A stretch of 64,000 nucleotides of DNA from Eledone cirrhosa (taxonomy: Eukaryota), in assembly GCA_964016885.1 (NCBI GenBank), contig CAXHJY010000366.1:1-64000 (forward strand), in the 5' to 3' direction. Position numbers and translations under genes: made by a program. This document shows positions 53,201 to 64,000 of the stretch, piece after piece. The first letter of the stretch is position 1. Each line of letters starts with the position of its first letter. Below the pieces are notes generated by a model that saw only the letters and a list, made by a program, of their open reading frames with translations, was not told the DNA's origin and did no database searches.

Positions 53201-56200
53201 GGAAGTGTTGACATCACACTCTCTCTTTCTATATATATGGTAGTGGAAGAGGTGGTGGTGGTGGAAATGATATATCGGAAGTGTTGACATCACACTCTCT
53301 CTTTCCATATATATGGAAGTTGAAGTGGTGGTGGTGGTGGCAATGATATACCGGAGGTGTTGACATCACACTCTCTCTTTCTATATATCTGGTAGTTGAA
53401 GTAATGGTGGTGGTGGTGGAAATGATATACCGGAAGTGTTGACATCACACTCTCTCTTTTTATATATATGGTAGTGGAAGTGGTGGTGGTGGTGGCAATG
53501 ATATACCGGAGGTGTTGACATCACACTCTCTCTTTCTATATATATGGTAGTGGAAGTGGTGGTGGTGGTGGCAATGATGTACCGGAAGTGTTGACATCAC
53601 ACTCTCTCTTTCTATATATATGGTAGTTGAAGAGGTGGTGGTGGTGGCAATGATATTCCGGAAGTGTTAACATCACACTCTCTCTTTCTATATATATGGT
53701 AGTTGAAGTGGTGGTGGTGGTGGCAATGATATACCGGAGGTGTTGACATCACACTCTCTCTTTCTATATATCTGGTAGTCGAAGTAATGGTGGTGGTAGT
53801 GGAAATGATATACTGGAAGTGTTGACATCACACTCTCTCTTTCTATATATATGGTAGTGGAAGAGGTGGTGGTGGTGGCAATGCTATACCGGAAGTGTTG
53901 ACATCACACTCTCTCTTTCTATATATATGGTAGTTGAAGTGGTGGTGGTGGTGGCAATGATATACCGGAGGTGTTGACATCACACTCTCTCTTTCTATAT
54001 ATCTGGTAGTTGAAGTAATGATGGTGGTTGTGGAAATGATATACCGGAAGTGTTGACATCACACTCTCTCTTTTTATATATATGGTAGTGGAAGTGGTGG
54101 TGGTGGTGGCAATGATATACCGGAGGTGTTGACATCACACTCTCTCTTTCTATATATATGGTAGTGGAAGTGGTGGTGGTGGTGGCAATGATATACCGGA
54201 AGTGTTGACATCACACTCTCTCTTTCTATATATATGGTAGTGGAACAGGTGGTGGTGGTGGCAATGATATACCGGAAGTGTTAACATCACACTCTCTCTT
54301 TCTATATATATGGTAGTTGAAGTGGTGGTGGTGGTGGCAATGATATACCGGAGGTGTTGACATCACACTCTCTCTTTCTATATATATGGTAGTGGAAGTG
54401 GTGGTGATGGTGGCAATGATATACTGGAAGTGTTGACATCACACTCTCTCTTTCTATATATATGGTAGTTGAAGAGGTGGTGGTGGTGGCAATGATATAC
54501 CGGAAGTGTTGACATCACACTCTCTCTTTCTATATATATGGTAGTGGAAGTGGTGGTGGTGGTGGCAATGATATACCGGAAGTGTTGACATCACACTCTC
54601 TCTTTCTATATATATGGTAGTTGAAGAGGTGGTGGTGGTGGCAATGATATACCGGAAGTGTTAACATCACACTCTCTCTTTCTATATATATGGTAGTTGA
54701 AGTGGTGGTGGTGGTGGCAATGATATACCGGAGGTGTTGACATCACACTCTCTCTTTCTATATATCTGGTAGTTGAAGTAATGGTGGTGGTGGTGGAAAT
54801 GATATACCGGAAGTGTTGACATCACACTCTCTCTTTCTATATATATGGTAGTGGAAGAGGTGGTGGTGGTGGCAATGATATACCGGAAGTGTTAACATCA
54901 CACTCTCTCTTTCTATAGATATGGTAGTTGAAGTGGTGGTGGTGGTGGCAATGATATACCGGAGGTGTTGACATCACACTCTCTCTTTCTATATATCTGG
55001 TAGTTGAAGTAATGGTGGTGGTAGTGGAAATGATATACCGGAAGTGTTGACATCACACTCTCTCTTTCTATATATATGGTAGTTGAAGTGATGGTGGTGG
55101 TGGTGGCAATGATATACCGGAAGTGTTGACATCACACTCTCTCTTTCTATATATATGGTAGTGGAAGAGGTGGTGGTGGTGGCAATGCTATACCGGAAGT
55201 GTTGACATCACACTCTCTCTTTCTATATATATGGTAGTTGAAGTGGTGGTGGTGGTGGCAATGATATACCGGAAGTGTTGACATCACACTCTCTCTTTCT
55301 ATATATATGGTAGTTGAAGTGGTGGTGGTGGTGGCAATGATATACCGGAAGTGTTGACATCACACTCTCTCTTTCTATATATATGGTAGTGGAAGAGGTG
55401 GTGGTGGTGGCAATGCTATACCGGAAGTGTTGACATCACACTCTCTCTTTCTATATATATGGTAGTGGAAGAGGTGGTGGTGGTGGCAATGCTATACCGG
55501 AAGTGTTGACATCACACTCTCTCTTTCTATATATATGGTAGTTGAAGTGGTGGTGGTGGTGGCAATGATATACCGGAAGTGTTGACATCACACTCTCTCT
55601 TTCTATATATATGGTAGTTGAAGTGGTGGTGGTGGTGGCAATGATATACCGGAAGTGTTGACATCACACTCTCTCTTTCTATATATATGGTAATAGAAGT
55701 GGTGGTGGTGGTTGCAATGATATACCGGAAGTGTTGATATCACACTCTCTCTTTCTATATATATGGTAGTGGAAGTGGTGGTGGTGGTGGCAACGATATA
55801 CCGGAGGTGTTGACATCACACTCTCTCTCTTTCTATGTATATGGTAGTGGAAGTGGTGGTGGTGGTGGCAACGATATACCGGAGGTGTTGACATCACACT
55901 CTCTCTTTCTATATATATATGGTAGTGGATGTGGTGGTGCTGGTGGTGGTGGCAATGATATACCGGAGGTGTTGACATCACATTCTCTCTTTCTATATAT
56001 ATGGTAGTAGAAGTGGTGGTGGTGGCAATGATATACCGGAAGTGTTGATATCACACTCTCTCTTTCTATATATATGGTAGTAGAAGTGGTGGTGGTGGTG
56101 GTGGTGGTGGCAATGATATACCGGAGGTGTTGACATCACATTCTCTCTTTCTATATATATGGTAGTAGAAGTGGTGGTTGTGGCAATGATATACCGGAAG

Positions 56201-59200
56201 TGTTGACATCACACTCTCTCTTTCTATATATATGGTAGTGGAAGTGGTGGTGGTGGTGGCAACGATATACCGGAGGTGTTGACATCACACTCTCTCTTTC
56301 TATATATCTGGTAGTTGAAGTAATGGTGGTGGTGGTGTCAATGATATACCGGAAGTGGTGACATCACACTCTCTCTTTCTACATATATGGTAGTGGAAGT
56401 GGTGGTGGTAGTGACAACGATATACCGGAAGTGTTGACATCACACTCTCTCTCTTTCTATATATATGGTAGTAGAAGTGGTGGTGGTGGTGGTGGTGGTG
56501 GCAATGATATACCGGAGGTGTTGACATCACACTCTCTCTTTGTATATATATATGGTAGTGGATGTGGTGGTGCTGGTGGTGGTGGCAATGATATACCGGA
56601 AGTGTTGACATCACACTCTCTCTTTCTATATATCTGGAAGTTGAAGTGTTGGTGGTGGTGGTGGCAATGATATACCGGAAGTGTTGATATCACACTCTCA
56701 CTTTCTATATATATGGTAGTTGAAGTGATGGTGGTGGTGGCAATGATATACCGGAAGTGTTGACATCATACTCTCTCTTTTTATATATATGGTAGTGGAA
56801 GTGGTGGTGGTGGTGGTGGCAATGATATACCGGAAGTGTTGACATCACACTCTCTCTTTCTATATATATGGTAGTTGAAGTGGTGGTGGTGGTGGTGGCA
56901 ATGATATACCGGAGGTGTTGACATCACACTCTCTCTTTCTATATATATGGTAGTTGAAGTGATGGTGGTGGTGGCAATGATATACCGGAAGTGTTGACAT
57001 CACACTCTCTCTTTCTACATATATGGTAGGTGAAGTGGTGGTGGTGGTGGCAATGATATACCGGAAGTGTTGACATCACACTCTCTCTTTCTACATATAT
57101 GGTAGGTGAAGTGGTGGTGGTGGTGGCAATGATATACCGGAGGTGTTGACATCACACTCTCTCTTTCTATATATATGGTAGTGGAAGTGGTGGTGGTGGT
57201 GGCAATGATATACTGGAAGTGTTGACATCACACTTTCTCTTTCTATATATATGGTAGTGGAAGTGGTTGTGGTGGTGGCAATGATATACCGGAAGTGTTG
57301 ACATCACACTCTCTCTTTCTACATATATGGTAGGTGAAGTGGTGGTGGTGGTGGCAATGATATACCGGAGGTGTTGACATCACACTCTCTCTTTCTATGT
57401 ATATGGTAGTGGAAGTGGTGGTCGTGGTGGCAATGATATACCGGAAGTGTTGACATCACACTCTCTCTTTCTATATATATGGTAGTGGAAGTGGTGGTGG
57501 TGGTGGCAATGATATACCGGAGGTGTTGACATCACACTCACTCTTTCTATATATATATATGGTAGTGGAAGTGGTGGTGGTGGTGGCAATGATATACCAG
57601 AAGTGTTGACATCACACTCTCTCTTTCTATATATATGGTAGTGGAAGAGGTGGTGGTGGTGGCAATGATATACCGGAAGTGTTGACATCACACTCTCTCT
57701 TTCTATATATATGGTAGTTGAAGTGGTGGTGGTGGTGGCAATGATATACCGGAGGTGTTGACATCACACTCTCTCTTTCTATATATCTGGTAGTTGAAGA
57801 GGTGGTGGTGGTGGCAATGATATACCGGAAGTGTTAACATCACACTCTCTCTTTCTATATATATGGTAGTTGAAGTGGTGGTGGTGGTGGCAATGATATA
57901 CCGGAGGTGTTGACATCACACTCTCTCTTTCTATATATATGGTAGTTGAAGAGGTGGTGGTGGTGGCAATGATATACCGGAAATGTTAACATCACACTCT
58001 CTCTTTCTATATATATGGTAGTTGAAGTGGTGGTGGTGGTGGCAATGATATACCGGAGGTGTTGACATCACACTCTCTCTTTCTATATATCTGGTAGTTG
58101 AAGTAATGGTGGTGGTAGTGGAAATGATATACCGCAAGTGTTGACATCACACTCTCTCTTTCTATATATATCGTAGTGGTGGTGGCAATGATATACCGGA
58201 TGTGTTGACATCACACTCTCTCTTTCTATATATCTGGTAGTTGAAGTGGTGGTGGTGGTGGCAATCATATACCGGAGGTGTTGACATCACACTCTCTCTT
58301 TCTATATATCTGGTAGTTGAAGTGGTGGTGGTGGTGGCAATCATATACCGGAGTTGTTGACATCACACTCTCTCTTTCTATATATCTGGTAGTTGAGGTA
58401 ATGGTGGTGGTGGTGGAAATGATACACCGGAAGTGTTGACATCACACTCTCTCTTTTTATATATATGGTAGTGGAAGTGGTGGTGGTAGTGGAAATGATA
58501 TACCGCAAGTGTTGACAACACACTCTCTCTTTCTATATATATGGTAGTGGAAGAGGTGGTGGTGGTGGCAATGCTATACCGGAAGTGTTGACATCACACT
58601 CTCTCTTTCTATATATATGGTAGTTGAAGTGGTTGTGGTGGTGGCAATGATATACCGGAAGTGTTGACATCACACTCTCTCTTTCTATATATATGGTAGT
58701 GGAAGAGGTGGTGGTAGTGGAAATGATATACCGCAAGTGTTGACAACACACTCTCTCTTTCTATATATATGGTAGTGGAAGAGGTGGTGGTGGTGGCAAT
58801 GCTATACCGGAAGTGTTGACATCACACTCTCTCTTTCTATATATATGGTAGTTGAAATGGTGGTGGTGGTGGCAATGATATACCGGAAGTGTTGACATCA
58901 CACTCTCTCTTTCTATATATATGGTAGTTGAAGTGGTGGTGGTGGTGGCAATGATATACCGGAAGTGTTGACATCACACTCTCTCTTTCTATATATATGG
59001 TAGTAGAAGTGGTGGTGGTGGTGATGGCAATGATATACCGGAAGTGTTGACATCACACTCTCTCTTTCTATATATATGGTAGTTGAAGTGGTGGTGGTGG
59101 TGGCAATGATATACCGGGAGTGTTGACATCACACTCTCTCTTTCTATATATATGGTAGTGGAAGTGGTGGTGGTGGTGGCAACGATATACTGGAGGTGTT

Positions 59201-59519
59201 GACATCACACTCTCTCTCTTTCTATGTTTATGGTAGTGGAAGTGGTGGTGGTGGTGGCAACGATATACCGGAGGTGTTGACATCACACTCTCTCTTTCTA
59301 TATATATATGGTAGTGGATGTGGTGGTGCTGGTGGTGGTGGCAATGATATACCGGAGGTGTTGACATCACACTCTCTCTTTCTATATATATGGTAGTAGA
59401 AGTGGTGGTGGTGGCAATGATATACCGGAAGTGTTGATATCACACTCTATCTTTGTATATATATGGTAGTAGAAGTGGTGGTGGTGGTGGTGGCAATGAT
59501 ATACCGGAAGTGTTGACAT

Positions 59520-62500
59520 CACACTCTCTCTTTCTATATGTCTGGTAGTTGAAGTAATGGTGGTGGTAGTGGAAATGATATACCGGAAGTGTTGACATCA
59601 CACTCTCTCTTTCTATATATATGGTAGTGGAAGAGGTGGTGGTGGTGGCAATGCTATACCGGAAGTGTTGACATCACACGCACTCTTTCTATATATATGG
59701 TAGTTGAAGTGGTGGTGGCAATGATATACCGGAAGTGTTGACATCACACTCTCCCTTTCTATATATATGGAAGTTGAAGTGGTGGTGGTGGTGGCAATGA
59801 TATACCGGAAGTGTCGACATCACACTCTCTCTTTCTATATATATGGTAGTAGAAGTGGTGGTGGTGGTGGCAATGATATACCGGAAGTGTTGACATCACA
59901 CTCTCTCTCTTTCTATATATATGGTAGTGGAAGTGGTGGTGGTGGTGACAACGATATACCGGAAGTGTCGACATCACACTCTCTCTTTCTATATATATGG
60001 TAGTAGAAGTGGTGGTGCTGGTGGCAATGATATACCGGAAGTGTCGACATCACACTCTCTCTTTCTATATATATGGTAGTGGAAGTGGTGGTGGTGGTGA
60101 CAACGATATACCGGAAGTGTTGACATCACACTCTCTCTCTTTCTATATATATGGTAGTAGAAGTGGTGCTGGTGGTGGTGGTGGTGGTGGCAATGATATA
60201 CCGGAGGTGTTGACATCACACTCTCTCTTTGTATATATATATGGTAGTGGAAGTGGTGGTGGTGGTGACAACGATATACCGGAAGTGTTGACATCACACT
60301 CTCTCTCTTTCTATATATATGGTAGTGGAAGTGGTGGTGGTGGTGACAACGATATACCGGAAGTGTTGACATCACACTCTCTCTCTTTCTATATATATGG
60401 TAGTAGAAGTGGTGGTGGTGGTGGTGGTGGTGGTGGCAATGATATACCGGAGGTGTTGACATCACACTCTCTCTTTGTATATATATATGGTAGTGGATGT
60501 GGTGGTGCTGGTGGTGGTGGCAATGATATACCGGAAGTGTTGACATCACACTCTCTCTTTCTATATATCTGGAAGTTGAAGTGTTGGTGGTGGTGGTGGC
60601 AATGATATACCGGAAGTGTTGACATCACACTCTCTCTTTCTATATATATGGTAGTAGAAGTGGTGGTGGTGGTGGCAATGATATACCGGAAGTGTTGACA
60701 TCACACTCTCTCTTTCTATATATATGGTAGTTGAAGTGATGGTGGTGGTGGCAATGATATACCGGAAGTGTTGACATCACACTCTCTCTCTTTCTATTTA
60801 TATGGTAGTTGAAGTGATGGTGGTGGTGGTGGCAATGATATACCGGAAGTGTTGACATCACACTCTCTCTTTCTATATATATGTTAGTGGAAGTGGTGGT
60901 GGTGGTGGTAATGATATACCGGAAGTGTTGACATCACACTCTCTCTTTCTATATATATGGTAGTTGAAGTGATGGTGGTGGTGGCAATGATATACCGGAA
61001 GTGTTGACATCACACTCTCTCTCTTTCTATTTATATGGTAGTTGAAGTGATGGTGGTGGTGGTGGCAATGATATACCGGAAGTGTTGACATCACACTCTC
61101 TCTTTCTATATATATGGTAGTGGAAGTGGTGGTGGTGGTGGGAATGATATACCGGAAGTGTTGACATCACACTCTCTCTTTCTATATATATGGTAGTTGA
61201 AGTGGTGGTGGTGGTGGCAATGATATACCGGAAGTGTTGACATCACACTCTCTCTTTCTATATATATGGTAGTAGAAGAGGTGGTGGTGGTGGCAATGAT
61301 ATACCGGAGGTGTTGACATCACACTCTCTCTTTCTATATATATAGTAGTTGAAGTGGTGGTGGTGGTGGTGGAAATGATATACCGGAAATGTTGACATCA
61401 CACTCTCTCTTTCTATATATATGGTAGTGGAAGTGGTTGTGGTGGTGGCAATGATATACCGGAAGTGTTGACATCATACTCTCTCTTTTTATATATATGG
61501 TAGTGGAAGTGGTGGTGGTGGTGGCAATGATATACCGGAGGTGTTGACATCACACTCTCTCTTTCTATATATATGGTAGTGGAAGTGGTTGTGGTGGTGG
61601 CAATGATATACCGGAAGTGTTGACATCATACTCTCTCTTTTTATATATATGGTAGTGGAAGTGGTGGTGGTGGTGGCAATGATATACCGGAGGTGTTGAC
61701 ATCACACTCTCTCTTTCTATATATATGGTAGTTGAAGAGGTGGTGGTGGTGGCAATGATATACCGGAAGTGTTAACATCACACTCTCTCTTTCTATATAT
61801 ATGGTAGTTGAAGTGGTGGTGGTGGTGGCAATGATATACCGGAAGTGTTGACATCACACACTCTCTTTCTATATATATGGTAGTTGAAGTAATGGTGGTG
61901 GTAGTGGAAATGATATACCGGAAGTGTTGACATCACACTCTCTCTTTCTATATATATGGTAGTGGAAGAGGTGGTGGTGGTGGCAATGCTATACCGGAAG
62001 TGTTGACATCACACTCTCTCTTTCTATATATATGGTAGTTGAAGTGGTGGTGGTGGTGGCAATGATATACCGGAGGTGTTGACATCACACTCTCTCTTTC
62101 TATATATCTGGTAGTTGAAGTAATGGTGGTGGTAGTGGAAATGATATACCGGAAGTGTTGACATCACACTCTCTCTTTCTATATATATGGTAGTGGAAGA
62201 GGTGGTGGTGGTGGCAATGCTATACCGGAAGTGTTGACATCACACTCTCTCTTTCTATATATATGGTAGTTGAAGTGGTGGTGGTGGTGGCAATGATATA
62301 CCGGAGGTGTTGACATCACACTCTCTCTTTCTATATATCTGGTAGTTGAAGTAATGGTGGTGGTAGTGGAAATGATATACCGGAAGTGTTGACATCACAC
62401 TCTCTCTTTCTATATATATGGTAGTGGAAGAGGTGGTGGTGGTGGCAATGCTATACCGGAAGTGTTGACATCACACACTCTCTTTCTATATATATGGTAG

Positions 62501-64000
62501 TTGAAGTGGTGGTGGCAATGATATACCGGAAGTGTTGACATCACACTCTCCCTTTCTATATATATGGAAGTTGAAGTGGTGGTGGTGGTGGCAATGATAT
62601 ACCGGAAGTGTCGACATCACACTCTCTCTTTCTATATATATGGTAGTAGAAGTGGTGGTGGTGGTGGCAATGATATACCGGAAGTGTTGACATCACACTC
62701 TCTCTCTTTCTATATATATGGTAGTGGAAGTGGTGGTGGTGGTGGTGGTGGTGGTGGCAATGATATACCGGAAGTGTCGACATCACACTCTCTCTTTCTA
62801 TATATATGGTAGTAGAAGTGGTGGTGCTGGTGGCAATGATATACCGGAAGTGTCGACATCACACTCTCTCTTTCTATATATATGGTAGTGGAAGTGGTGG
62901 TGGTGGTGACAACGATATACCGGAAGTGTTGACATCACACTCTCTCTCTTTCTATATATATGGTAGTAGAAGTGGTGGTGGTGGTGGTGGTGGTGGTGGC
63001 AATGATATACCGGAGGTGTTGACATCACACTCTCTCTCTTTCTATATATATGGTAGTGGAAGTGGTGGTGGTGGTGACAACGATATACCGGAAGTGTTGA
63101 CATCACACTCTCTCTCTTTCTATATATATGGTAGTGGAAGTGGTGGTGGTGGTGACAACGATATACCGGAAGTGTTGACATCACACTCTCTCTCTTTCTA
63201 TATATATGGTAGTAGAAGTGGTGGTGGTGGTGGTGGTGGTGGTGGCAATGATATACCGGAGGTGTTGACATCACACTCTCTCTTTGTATATATATATGGT
63301 AGTGGATGTGGTGGTGCTGGTGGTGGTGGCAATGATATACCGGAAGTGTTGACATCACACTCTCTCTTTCTATATATCTGTAAGTTGAAGTGTTGGTGGT
63401 GGTGGTGGCAATGATATACCGGAAGTGTTGACATCACACTCTCTCTTTCTATATATATGGTAGTAGAAGTGGTGGTGGTGGTGACAATGATATACCGGAA
63501 GTGTTGACATCACACTCTCTCTCTTTCTATTTATATGGTAGTTGAAGTGATGGTGGTGGTGGCAATGATATACCGGAAGTGTTGACATCACACTCTCTCT
63601 CTTTCTATTTATATGGTAGTTGAAGTGATGGTGGTGGTGGTGGCAATGATATACCGGAAGTGTTGACATCACACTCTCTCTTTCTATATATATGTTAGTG
63701 GAAGTGGTGGTGGTGGTGGTAATGATATACCGGAAGTGTTGACATCACACTCTCTCTTTCTATATATATGGTAGTGGAAGTGGTGGTGGTGGTGGGAATG
63801 ATATACCGGAAGTGTTGACATCACACTCTCTCTTTCTATATATATGGTAGTTGAAGTGGTGGTGGTGGTGGCAATGATATACCGGAAGTGTTGACATCAC
63901 ACTCTCTCTTTCTATATATATGGTAGTAGCAGAGGTGGTGGTGGTGGCAATGATATACCGGAGGTGTTGACATCACACTCTCTCTTTCTATATATATAGT
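59520..64000 (+). repeat. Higher-order duplication, offset about 2800 bp (about 59.5-61.3 kb repeated at about 62.3-64.0 kb)
   Basis: ORF offsets 59989/62798, 59997/62806 and 60389/63198 are all +2809; GTGACAACG and GTCGAC variants are shared. Confidence 0.88.

Larger units (their letters stand above)
4993..64000 (+). repeat. Satellite DNA array, modal monomer 76 bp: TCTATATATATGGTAGT(T/G/A)GAAGTGGTGGTGGTGGTGGCAATGATATACCGGA(A/G)GTGTTGACATCACACTCTCTCTT; about 770 copies, single orientation, open at the right edge
   Basis: The period is read directly (TCTA at 5701 and 5777). Monomer length varies mostly in steps of 3 (TGG) and 2 (TA, CT). No interrupting unique sequence or inversion was seen by eye across 59 kb. 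Confidence 0.99.

Noticed and set aside
5778-63672. His-rich, Pro-rich (extensin-like) and Gly/Ser-rich ORFs, including the 202-aa ORFs at 59997 and 62806
   Set aside because: They are translations of the satellite. The 76-bp period shifts frame and hits stops; longer ORFs arise only where monomers with lengths divisible by 3 (78, 81 bp and so on) happen to be adjacent.
4993-64000. CRISPR-like array (conserved core alternating with a variable segment)
   Set aside because: The variable parts are slippage variants of the same TGG/TA/CT tracts, not unique spacers. There are no cas genes and the context is eukaryotic.
4993-64000. Telomeric repeat or telomerase product
   Set aside because: No TTAGGG or TTAGG-type repeats were seen. 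A G-rich strand alone does not show a telomeric role, and chromosome position is unknown.
1-64000. tRNA, rRNA, snRNA or SINE genes
   Set aside because: No cloverleaf, A/B boxes or recognisable structural RNA sequence was seen in the monomers or the 1.2-kb spacer.

Overview
This is eukaryotic, probably animal, repeat-dominated DNA with no intact protein-coding gene, RNA gene or CRISPR array. Bases 1-3765 are a 46-bp minisatellite interrupted three times by a CT-rich insert flanked by CAGA, and the array ends in a 263-bp near-perfect fold-back palindrome. Bases 3766-4992 are about 1.2 kb of non-tandem DNA made of transposon debris: one or two hAT/Charlie-like left ends, a possible LTR-retroelement PPT/LTR start, an (AT)n tract, and a degenerate fragment resembling the N-terminal Cys motif of a Helitron RepHel protein. 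From about 4993 to the window end (59 kb) runs one uninterrupted satellite of about 76 bp, roughly 770 monomers by length/period estimate, with nested higher-order duplications. The most interesting observations are that the satellite starts abruptly inside the Helitron-like reading frame, and that its monomer carries a perfect class I ETS site (ACCGGAAGTG) toggled by one A/G variant. Nearly all ORFs in the track are translation artefacts of the repeats. No new protein-based system is supported by the sequence.
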